From Vicugna vicugna (taxonomy: Eukaryota), in the NCBI GenBank assembly GCA_013265495.1, contig MU058221.1, positions 5,564,066 through 5,628,065 of the forward strand: DNA of 64,000 bases, given 5' to 3'. The notes below the pieces were generated by a model, which saw only the letters and a list, made by a program, of their open reading frames with translations, searched no databases and was not told the DNA's origin. This document shows positions 25,730-37,052 of this stretch, one piece after another; the first letter of the stretch is position 1; each line of letters opens with the position of its first letter. The position numbers were made by a program, and so were the translations under genes.

Positions 25730-28700
25730 TAAAAGAAAAATGTTAAGACTTTATTCAAGGTATATATCAGGCATATAACAAAAGAGCAGAACTTCAACCT
25801 TTGGAATACTGTAATTTTACATCCTTTTGATATGCACAGTCCAGCAGACTACGTTATTACAGATCGTTCTACAGGGATTACAGAAATCAACTAAGGGGAG
25901 ACACGCACAGCCACAGTCCAGAATGGCAGCTCTCTGAGCGTGTGCTGTTTGCGAACGAAGCACATCCTTTACCATTTGAAATACTGTGCAAGGTGAAGGA
26001 CTAGGAAGGTGCTCAGTGATGGTCATGGTTGACAAAGCACTGTTATCACAGACAATGGACAGTTCACTACGGAGAACACACATCTCAGAGGCCAGCGAAG
26101 TGAGCAAGCTATTCACACAAAGCCAGGAGGGATTACGCCTAACTCTCCAGTTTCTAAGGACAACACCACATCTCACCCCCTCAGAAACAGAACGGGTGCT
26201 CGATAGCGAATAACTAAAAGTTACTACGCGAAAATCACAGACTTTCCAGCTAGCGTTTTGTAAACAGCCTGTGTCTGTAAATCAGCAACTTAAAAACATT
26301 CAGTTTTATCCTCTAGACAGAACTCCACACCACGACGTGTACACGTTGAGGCATTCACATTTTACATCAGTCCACACACAAATGCACGGCTTGTTGGATA
26401 AGTAAACACGTTTTTGCCAGAAATAGGACAGCTGCTCTCAGTTGTACAGTGAGTGTTTTCAAGAGCAAAACCGACTCCCTAATCAACACTTGAGGGAAAA
26501 ATAGTTACATTTACATTAAGACAGCAGTTTGGATACCTTTATATTTTTTAATTTTTAAATGAGAAGTAATACAGCGTGTCTGGGAGCAGAGTGCTTCAGA
26601 CTGGTTTTTTGGCATAATTGAGTGCAAACTTGATAGTCTGTAATTGTTAAAACTCTCCATTGTAAAATGGTGATAATCTAGGATTTTAATCTCTGCTGCT
26701 AAAGGCATTTATTATTCTGGCAAAAAAAAAATTGCGAAAAAGCTGCTTAAGTCAAGCTTTTTTTGTACTTGTTTCTGATATTCTGGGTACTCCCCAATAT
26801 CAGATAAATACCTTTTAAAGCATATATTTTTCCTCTGTCTGAAACTATTCAGTGAGCTTGAAGAAAACAAGTTTTCTGTCTTCCCTGTCGGGTTTAGGTA
26901 TTGATGGGTGTGGGGCACAGACAAAGAACAGACCACCCCTATTTGCTCTCTGAACCACAAATTTGCTTTTAGGTTTATTTTCCTAAATCCTTTTGTAAAT
27001 TACAGTCACCTTCAGCGGCACTGGGGCGGGGCGGGGTAAAGGGACTTAAATATGCATATCTAGTAACGATCGGCTTCAAGTAAAACCCCTTCTGAGGTGG
27101 CTAAGATCCAGTCCACGCGTCATCAGCAAAGACTGGTGTCTGTTGGACTAATAATCGGTCCTGGAACAGCCTTTAACTGGGCCTGTTTATCGCCGATTGA
27201 CACAAAGTTCTACATGGTACATGACGCTAATTCTCTAGTGTTCAGGGCACTGCTATGAATAAACACAATCCAAGGATTATAAGTAACTGGGTTGTGACCA
27301 CTGCATGCATTACACTGAAAGGGAACACCAACTTACCTAAGCACAGGCCTACACTCAGCCCTCCTGGGGAGAGCAGCTGCCTCGCACCAAATGCTATTTA
27401 AACCAGATTCTTCTTTTCAGATAAAACTCTCCATCTAAGTCGGGAGTCCCCTCAGATGGTGCTCTTTTCTCTGACTAAGCGATCCGGGCTTGTACGAAAT
27501 GAGCGCCCAGGATTGAGCGCCCAGGAGCGTGCGACTTCTGTCTTGTTCACGTTCTGCATGAGCCAGGGAGGGGACCGTGGGCGTGAGCCACAGCGGCCTG
27601 GGAGCCGGGCGCGCGTCCCCCCGCAGACCGCCCAGCCTCCGCAAGCTCGCTCGCCCCGGCTCTCCGGCGGCTAGCTGGGTGCCTCGGGTGTGCCTCACGG
27701 CCCGGCTGAAACAAAGCACGCTGCTAAGTTTGGTTCTGTTCAGACTGATTGGCTGATTTTTGCTTAGTGTTCTCTAAAACAAAGCGCTCCAACTGTAGGC
27801 TCCTCTACCTGGGGAAATCGGTCACAGCCCTGGGTCCTATGAAGGAGAAACAGTCACTTGTCAAGCACTTTTGAAACACTCAGAAGGATTCCTTGCAACA
27901 GCTTGTGAGTCTGCACTCCCGAGGGTGAGCCACCTGCCTCCGGCGACAGTAAGTCCCCCAGAAGGGTTCACAAGCTCCTGATCCTGGGTCCACAGGGGAG
28001 ACAAGCTTCCTGTGGCTTTTCTCGTCTTCTAGGCTGTTCCCCTGACCTCATTCCACTCACCTCTGGTACTAAAATCTTATCTCTTCATCCTAAACTTCTC
28101 TGGTATATTGACTGTCTGGAGAACATGGACCATCGCCCTGCAGGAAAAGGGATGTTTCACTGGAGTTGTGTTTGGAAGCTTATAAGCACATCTGAGACAT
28201 TCTCTAGAATCAAAATAATTTTTCACACGTCTGTTTTTGCCGTTTTCTTACACATCAGAACCTCTGGCAGCCCTGGCAAGCCCACTATATTAAGCCAAAA
28301 GCCATAAATATGTACATCATAGTCCAAAGTATTAGTACCAAGAACAAAAAAAAGGTTTAAAAAATTGCTTTGTTTGCATATACAGGATTGAAAACGAAGT
28401 ATGCAACAAATAAATTACAAATGTACATCTCAGCAGTGCAGGGGGGTTCTCTTCTATTTCTAAAAACACTGCTGTCTGCAATGACAACCCAATTGTGGAA
28501 AATTACTAACCTCAGAAGACAAAGATCACACCCCCCCGCACACTACCTTTCCCTTTAGCCTCTCCCCAGCAAAATGAAGAAAAGGAAAGAGGGGGGAAAA
28601 ACTCTTCAAAGCGGCAGAGGGGAGAGAGAAAAGGCCATGTCCGAGGCTGCGCACTCAGCACACCAGCTCGCGGGTTTCTATGTTATTAGTGAATAAATAG

Positions 28701-28756
28701 CTCTTTAAGGCAGAGGAGGAACATTCTGTGGATCCGGTGCTGTTGGCTCATCTCAC
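25730..28756 (-). other. REEP1: REEP1 long 3' UTR (3' end approximate)
   Basis: No recognisable repeats between the stop codon and AATAAA. Further AATAAA at 26708-26713 and 26974-26979. Pumilio element TGTACATA at 28309-28316. Confidence 0.7.
25750..25755 (-). terminator. Probable distal poly(A) signal (AATAAA) of REEP1
   Basis: TTTATT on plus at the end of a ~3 kb stretch without recognisable repeats after the REEP1 stop; followed on minus by T-rich sequence. Confidence 0.65.
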
Positions 28757-28828
28757 TCACGTGGTTTCAGTGGCCGAGGATGAGGTACTTTTCTTCCTGA
28801 AGCGAGATCGAAGGATTCTAGGCGGTGC
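28757..28828 (-). CDS. REEP1: REEP1 terminal exon coding part: long isoform APPRILRSRFRKKSTSSSATETT*; short isoform uses 28828-28818 as (G)TA*
   Basis: Acceptor TTTCCCTACCAG| (AG at 28829-28830). Phase-1 entry gives G-T-A-TAG (201-aa form). Phase-0 entry gives 23 aa to TGA. Confidence 0.92.
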   Translation of the reverse strand, partial: APPRILRSRFRKKSTSSSATETT

Positions 28829-31013
28829 CTGGTAGGGAAAACAGAAAAAGGATCCCTCAGTTTGGCATAAACGTGGGACATTTTGGGGACGGCCCCTGGC
28901 TGGGTTTGTGTTGTGACATCCAGCTCTGCAGGCCAAATGCAGGTGTGTGTGTGTGAGGAGGCGGGGGGGGGGGCACTCGGAGCCTCGGCAGTGGGAATCA
29001 GTCATGTCCCCACAACCCCGTGATGCCGGGCCCCCCTCTTCTTCACACTCTCCTAAGTCCCTGGACCTCCCGAGTCAATGGTGGTGCAGAAGGATGACAC
29101 AGCTTGTTTCTGCCCTGGGAGCAAAATGATCTCAACAAATGACTCAGCAGAGAGAGAGGCCTCCCCAGCGCTTTGCAATTTCCTCTGGGAACCGGCCTCG
29201 TGTTTCTTGGTACGTGCTTAAAAATTCCATCACCCAGTTTTCAGTCCTCTTTCATGCACAGCAAACCACACAGCAGAGAAAACACTGTCTTTAGGTATGA
29301 AGGGTTCTACCTCATCTCCCCTGCAAATGACTCTCCAGCAGCCCCTCCTTCCAGGGGGCACACACATCACAGGGGAAGTTACTTTTACGATAAAAGAAAA
29401 GGGAGATATTTGTCCTAGCATAGCACTCAAGGGCGTTCACACCTGGCCCACTTCTCCGTACTCAGCTTCTTTCTCTGCACTGTCCTTTCACACCCTCCTC
29501 CCTTCTCTGTCTGGATATTTCTAATTCTCCTGAGGACCCAGCTGCAAAGTCACTCCTGAGCCCCACCGGCTGCGACCCACTCACAGCCAGGATCCCCTCC
29601 TCGGTTCTCACGGTGTTTAACCCATGAGAGGATGTCAGGGGCTTTGCACTCGTGGTGGAGTGTGCCTCTCTGCTCACTGTCTGCCCTGCCACACTGACTT
29701 CCGGAGGGCAGGTCCATGTCACCACCATTTCCCAGCCAGTAGCACATGCCCCGCGGGGCACATGGAAGGGAGTCAGGAGAAGAAGAGGCAGGAACCGAAG
29801 GCTCTGGCCTTCCACATCCTGAGTCCTCACACTACAACTTTAGACTAGGCAATGGGTACCAGCCACCTCTGGACAGAGTACAAGAAGAATCGCTGAAGCG
29901 TCTGTGTAGTAATCGGCCTCAGCAGTTCAACGGTAACAGTAAAACACCCTGTGCAGCTTTAAAAAGCACAGAACCAAAAAGGTACAAACCCTCGGGATCT
30001 GGAATGGTTCTGGCAACTTCCCTGCCTCTGGGATGAGCCGCTCTCCCCATCATGGCACTGCCCAGGCTGTAAAGGACTCCTTGGGCAGAGTCCAAACCCA
30101 GAATATCTTTTACCAAAACGTCTAACTTCAAAACTGACCCCTGCGTGCCCCACCCGGGGAAGAAGCCTGATGGCCGCATGCGCACCGCGGCGGTAAGGAC
30201 TGTGGTCCTCGTGCGAACAGGGCCGGCGGGCCCCTGAGTTGGAGGCGGGGAACCGTTCCATGCACTGCCTCACCTGAGTCTCACAAAGGTCTCTGCTGTC
30301 TGGATGGGGGACTCTCAACTTGCCTCAGATGGACTCTCGGGCCGCTGTGTTCAGCAGGTGGGGAAGGAGAAGCCAACGCTGGGGTTTCCCCGATTCTGCC
30401 CGCCCAGCACTCGAGCCCCAGCTGGTAACCCTACTACACAGAGCCAGGTCCTGAGGCTCTTGGCTTGGCCCTCTTGCTGCCAAAACTCCAATCACATCCA
30501 CAACTGGCAACAGTACATGTACCAGGTGCATTGTTTTGGTCATTTTGAAGGCTGTGCCCCTCCAATAACATTGTATGGATATCTACTTTGTACCAGGAAC
30601 TGTGCTGGGTCTTGAAGACACAGAGATGAACAAGCTTTATTTATAAAAATTTGTCATATAACACATTCTGAGCGTTTCTTCCCCCAAAACACTCGCTTGG
30701 GATGCTTTTCACTCACGCATCACCTTAGGCTACTAGATGGGCTTTTACGGTTTTGTTTGTTTAAATCCCTAGGTGCTATCTCACCTCTCCTATTTCTAAA
30801 TAAAAGCACAGAGTCTTTTTCATCCCTTGGCAAGCAGCCAGATGCTACCTAGTGGCTTGGCCTGCCCATTTGATGGAGGAAGATCTCCCTGCCCCAGGCA
30901 CTCAGGAGATGTTGGGTGTCCCAGGAGATGCCGCCCACAGGAGCCCCAGATCTCCAGGGTGAAGCCCTTTGTGCAAACACACGCTCCAACCCGCAGCCCC
31001 TGACACCGTGTAC

Positions 31014-31165
31014 CTCCACGGGGAACTCCGTCTTTCGAGGTGCCTTATACTTGTACATGAAATCCAGCAAGTCTTCCTCCTCCTCGTCAGAAAACGCCAG
31101 TGGATTTTGGACCTGGTGGGGCTCCCACGCCTTCACACCACCCTCATTCACATCTCCCTCAACCA
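31014..31165 (-). CDS. REEP1: REEP1 alternative acidic exon (152 nt, long isoform)
   Basis: ATTAAG|TG...GAG|GTACAC. Encodes (V)VEGDVNEGGVKAWEPHQVQNPLAFSDEEEEDLLDFMYKYKAPRKTEFPVE. Converts phase 1 to phase 0. Confidence 0.85.
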
Positions 31166-33057
31166 CTTAATGTCCATTTACAATCTACACAGAGGAGACA
31201 AAGTACAGCGAGGAGGGATCAGTGTAGAAAGGAGCAAAGGAGGGCAGGCAAGGTCAAGGTTAGGCACACAGCACAGCAAGTCAGGCCGGTTAGGAGAGCC
31301 AAGGCCCCGGTAGCACCTGGGGACACTGCAGGGGGTCCGGGATCACGAGGGTGCAGAGGTGAGACTGGTCAGGCACTATGCACAGGAACAAGTACAGACT
31401 TCAGATCTGCTGAGACGTTAACAAGGGAGGTGGCCTTAACTGCGACGTGTCAAACCCTGCAGCTTGGAGCAGTGAGGCCACACCAGAAGAATGCTCGGGA
31501 AAAGACTCTCCTAGAAAGGATGGTGGCAGTGACTTCCGGAGGGGAAGAGCACAGTTTTCTACACGATACATCCAAGCAGTGTTGACAGTGCCTTAATTAC
31601 ACTTCCACCTTCAGCTCCAAGCATTCTTTAAGAGGCAGGATGTAAATGCCAGGAAACCTTCAGAGAGAACCTTAATCAAAGCTATGTAGATTTTTCATTT
31701 CAAAGCCCAAGTCCTAGAGAAGCAAAAGGAGCCTAGTGGAAGGACAACTGAGTAGCAACATTCCTGTTTTGATCTTCTGTGACTAATCCGCAGGGAAAGC
31801 TGCAGAGTTCATTCACTCACTGAATGCGCAGTATTTTCTCAATGTTCAGTGCTGAGCATATTCCCTGTCATCTGGCCACGTGGTCCTATCTTAGTAGAGA
31901 TACCACACCCAGCTTCTCTGACACCCAGAGACACATCCTTCTAGGCTTCCTATATTGTTTTTAACCTAGAATCACAGAAGGCAGAGCCAGGGGGCCCTCA
32001 GCTCACCTGGGCCAACCACCCCAAGGCCTGCAGAGAGAAACCAGAGCTCTTTCTGGGACACCCTGCTACTACTCCTAAACACACGTTCAGCCACCAAATG
32101 TGTTCTCTCCATCAAAGGGCGGATAACAGCATCAGGTGTGGTGTTAAGTAAAACTAAACGGAACCCTGATCTTGAGCCGCTGTCCGGTCACTGCTGCCAT
32201 GCTCCCCGACAGCCAGCAGGGGGCAGCACGAGAGCACGGCTGTCTCACCACGAATTTCAGAGCTGGGAGGCAGCGCCCGAGTAAGGGCCAAGCCTGAGAT
32301 CATTAACTTTCCTTCGCGTTTTTCGCTCTTGCGCATTCCCCAGCCGGTTTACTCCGGGTTTAGGTTCCCTCCGGTCCCTTCCCCAGCCCCAGCCTGCTGC
32401 AACCTTAGGACGGCCGAACATGAACAATGGCAACTCCAGGGAGCCCTCCCGGAATACTCTGGCCCTCCCCGGCCTCCCTACTCCTTTGGCCACCCAACAG
32501 GACTTGGAATGTGTACCACGTGGCCTGCGCTGCGCGCCCCGGCTCTCTTGTCAGTCTCACCGCCTCGGAAAGCATCCTGAGCTCGGAGGACTCCGGCTGC
32601 GCCTCCTCGGCCCCGCCGAGCCCGGCTGCGCATGCGCACCCAGCGCCGCTGGTCCACCAGCCGCGGCGGAGAACTGCCCCCTCCGAGCGCAGCTCCTGTC
32701 CCAGATCAGAACTCGATACCCATCACGAGGAAACTCCTTCTGGACACCTGACAGGAGGAAAACGAGACAGGCCTGCCCAGGACCAAGAGCCCGCTGGCTA
32801 GGGCAGAAACTGCAGAAGTAGCCTGGCGGGCTCCGCGCCAGCACGACTCCGTGCCTCCTGAGAGCCCGCTGGTTTCAATGCGCCTCTGCGCACGCGGCTC
32901 CCTTTAATTCTTGGCCCAGATTTACTGTACTGATTACTCTGGGTTCAGAAGGCAGCCCAGAGTCGCCAAGAAATCGTCAGGCGTCTAACACTTCAGCCTG
33001 CTGAACTGGTCTGCACTCACGGGTACTGAGCAATGAACTTACACATCACGATAATAA

Positions 33058-33079
33058 CCACCACCACCACCACCACCAC
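33058..33079. repeat. (CCA)n microsatellite
   Basis: Directly visible. Confidence 0.9.
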
Positions 33080-36000
33080 TGTCTCAGGACTGAAACCAAA
33101 ATGGCTTTGAGTCTGTCCTCCACTGCATCCTTGAGCATGGACCAAAGGGTGGAAGAGAAGTAACCCTCTGGCCCACTGGGAGTGATGGATCAAGGGGGAC
33201 CCAGATATCCAGTTGGGAATACAAAACAAGCATTCAATTCAGCAGAGGTGGGGAGCAAAGAAAGCTAGTGTGGGCAGCTGGGGGGAGCAGAAGTGGCTTC
33301 CCATGGAAGCCACAGAGAGACTAAAAAAAAAATGAAGCAGAATAATCCTCCTGGTCACCATGTTCACTGAGGGTTTTTGCCAAGAATGTTGTTTGTAATA
33401 TTCTGCCTGACTCGCGGGACCCGTGCAAGTATTGCGCACAAGCTGACCTTCTAAGCCTCTGGTTGGCTGCCCTGCTGTCACACTGAATCTCTCTTCTGCA
33501 TTTCCCTCTGCACTGGCTTCGAGGAAACCCAGCCTTGTGACAGTTTCTGACTTGATGGCACGCCCTGAAGTTTCTCTTCTCACTCTGACTCCATCTTACC
33601 TGTTCCCTTTCCAAGCTTCATTTTTCTTACTTTGGTTTGCTCTAACATCTACATTTCCACAAGTAGATTTGAATCTTTTTTTGGAACAGGGAGGAGTGTA
33701 CATGAAGAAATAAACCCTACAGAACATGGTCCCACCAAGAGAGTGGCTGGACCGAATATTCAGTGGTGGACCTCAACACCCCTCTCCCAGCATATCTAAA
33801 CAGAATTCATGACCCACTGTGTTCCCCTGAAAGGGTGTTGCTGTCCCCATCTTAATACTCAGATGGCTCCTGGAGACAGCTTGTATGATAGGAGCATCTC
33901 TCACGCAAGGTCACGGCCACAGCCACCTGCAAACCTCAGGGGACAACAGCCAAGGCCGTGAGCCTGCAGAACTGACCCTGGTGCCTGAGGCTGGGCAGCC
34001 TCTAGAAAGGCCAGGGGTCACTCTTATTTTCTACAGCAGGGGAGGGAGTATGTGGCCTTGACTAATAGTCTGTATTAGCAAACGTGCAGGCTGGGAAGCA
34101 GCTGCCCGCTTCTCTCCGTAGGGAGGGCAGGGAGCCCTTAAAGGCCAAGCTGATCCGTCTGCAGGAGCACAAGGCCTCCCCACACCGAAAGTGCAGCAGA
34201 ATGTACCAGGTTAGCAAACACCCCCACACGGCACACATTAGTGGGGGCCCGTCACCACAGCCAGCAAGTGGGTCTGAAGGAGAGCACGCTTGTCTGGAGC
34301 ACTTACATCCACGTCCCCGACGGCCACCGAGGAGGAAAGAAAAGAACATTCTGTTAGGGAGGAAACTTGAGGGGATGAAACATACATGTGAGCGCGAGTG
34401 CGCACGCGCGCACACACGCACACACGCACACAGACACAACTCACTCGCTTCCCAGCTCCAAACCTCTCCCGGCTCCTGCTGCCGAGGAAACAAACTGCCC
34501 CGGGGGCCACACTCAAGAAAGACACAATTCTCTCTCTCTTTAAATAGAGAGGACAGAAAGGGAATGACTCTGCGTTTTGAAATGATGTCTCATACACTTG
34601 ATTAAAAAAACAAAACAAAAAAAGGGAAAAACTCCACCTCTGTGACTCACTCCAAGCAGTAACAGAACTCAGGGCTCAGTTCTGTATAACGTCAAGGTAG
34701 GTAGAGAGAAAAGAGGGGAGCAGGCGGTAGGGGCAGGAGAGCTAATATCAGAAACAGAAAAAGAGACAGATGTGCAGGAAACAGCAGGGAACGACTGACA
34801 GGGCTGGCTGGAGCAGAATGTTCTCCCGGGACCTGAGATACACAGATGAAAACCATTTCAGGGGGCCAGATGGGCCCCTGATCAAAGCCTGTGACCCCCT
34901 GAAATCCTCTCTCCCAGCATCACTGCTCCAGCCCCGGGTGTGAGACAGACCTTCCCTGACACCACCTGCTGACACTTCACACCCAGCCCCCTTCACTCGC
35001 AGAGCCGCTCAGAGAGGGAAGGGCCCAGGAAGCATCGACCTCAGCCCCCACTTTACAGAGGAGGAGACTGAGGCCTGGAGAGCCAACGGGCTTTCCCACT
35101 GTCACGGAGGGAAATGGTGTAGACAAGTCATCTGCTGGTTCTCCCTGGAAAGCAGACCTCAGCGAGGTGGTGGGAGAACTCCAGGGCCCTGGATGTCAAG
35201 AGGGCCGAGAAAGGCAGGGCTGGGGCAAGGGCTCCCAGACAGCAATTCACAGCAGGGCCACCCCAGCCGGAGGCCTCCACCGAGCCCCGCCTGCTGCCCC
35301 GTCCCCCAAAACCCCCATCCCCGCAGCTCCCGGGAAAGACCAAACTCGACTGAGCTCCCACGTCGGCTGTGACTGTGGAAGGGCACTGGAAAGGCCCCTG
35401 GCCACGGAACCACCAGGGGTCGCGGGAGGTGGGGGCTTCCCAGAGAGCAGCAAAGGGCGGGCCCACCAGGAAAGAACAGAAGAGAAGACAGCTCTCCTCT
35501 CCCTGGGCCCCCAGGCGACAAGGCCCCAGAAGGAGAGGCTTTCAGAATGGCTCAGGGGTGAATAGATGGAAATAACCATAATTGCCCGAGGCCGCTGGGA
35601 CCATGCGGTTGCTTCCCCTGAACCGGTGCACCACCAGGCCCCAGTCCTGGCCCCAGTGCTGCAAACAGCTGCACGTAGCCCCTCTGCTGCTTCCTTTATT
35701 GAGCACGTGTTCGCGCGCCGGTTTCAGCAGGATGCTGGTCTCCCGGCCCCCTGCCCAGGACTCTCTGGACCATCAGTTCACATGAGGAGAACGGCCTCCA
35801 ACCACCTCCCCCGGGTCTTCTACAGACCTGTAAAAACCTTAGCATTGAAGGTCTTAAAACTAAAGAAATAAAGAGAAAACAGGACACTTCTTAGGTCGCA
35901 GCTTCATGTCCTCCTGCTCTCCACAGACGCGGGAGGCACGAGCCGTGTCTCAGTGGCACCGGGGCTGGTGGCACAGGCAACAGTGGGCACCAGGCATGCC

Positions 36001-36577
36001 TCCCCCTCCCCTCACACCAGCCAGCAGCTGTGGGCCAGGGCGGCCCCTCTCGCCTTCTGAGCCAAAGGCAGCTCCTTCACAGGGGAGGGAGAAAGGGGCC
36101 TGGGTTAGCCCAGGGCCACTTCTAGTCCCTCACTCATCTAGTTAAGGTCCTGGAAAGAGCAGGAGCAGGGCAGGAGAGAACAACAGGGCCAAGCCACCAC
36201 CCACACCGAGGGAGGGCGGCCGCCCGGGTCCCCGCCCAGGCCTGGGAGAGCCGAGGTCCATCCCTTCCCTGGGGTCTCCTGGCTATAACAGTAACAGTCA
36301 TCAGTGCCCTTCAAAAAGCCCTTTCACAGCCATTTTCACAACAGTGCAGGGAGGTGGGGAAGCAGGGACTCTGCTCTTTTTCAAGACGAGGAAACCAAGG
36401 CTCAGAGTGGTTAGGTGACTCACGCACGGCCACGCAGCCGGTAAGTGGCAAAGCAGGACCCGGGCTCCCTTGGCTGCACAAGGACTGAAAGCCCTGGAAC
36501 CACACGGCTCCATCACTTCAGAAGGCCTGGGCAAGTGCCTGTGCCCTCATCACCCAGAGCACAAGGAACTATGACCC

Positions 36578-37052
36578 TGTGGTGGTTTTAAACTATCTCC
36601 ATCCATTCTTTGATACTTCAAAGAGATTCCCCTCCCCTTCAGGAAGTGGAAATTGATTCCTTTCCCCCTTTCGTGTGGGCTGGACTTAAAGCCTCACTTC
36701 CAGCAGAGAGAATAAGGCAGAAGGGGCAGGGTGTGTGACTTCAAAGGTCCCAAAAGGTGCTGCGGCTTCCCGCCTACCCCCCCACCCCGCCTCCACTGCA
36801 TCACTCATTCTGGGTGAAGCCAGCTGCCGTGTCGTAAGGATGCTCCAGCAGGCTCCTGTGGTGAGGACCTGAGGCTACCAGCCAACAGCCCCAAGAGAGC
36901 CATCTGCAGTCAAGCCTTCAGGTGACCGCAGCCCTGGCCGACATCCTGACCACAATCCCTGAAAGCCCCTAAGCCAGAACCACCTGGTTAAGCCACTCCT
37001 AAATTTCCAGCCTGTAGTCACTGTACGATAATACATGTCCGCTGTTTTAAGG
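36578..37052 (+). mobile_element. MLT1F-like MaLR LTR
   Basis: GCCAGCTGCCGTGTCGTAAGGA, GTCAAGCCTTCAGGTGACCGCAGCCCTGGCCGACATC, TGTTTTAAG motifs. Confidence 0.7.
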
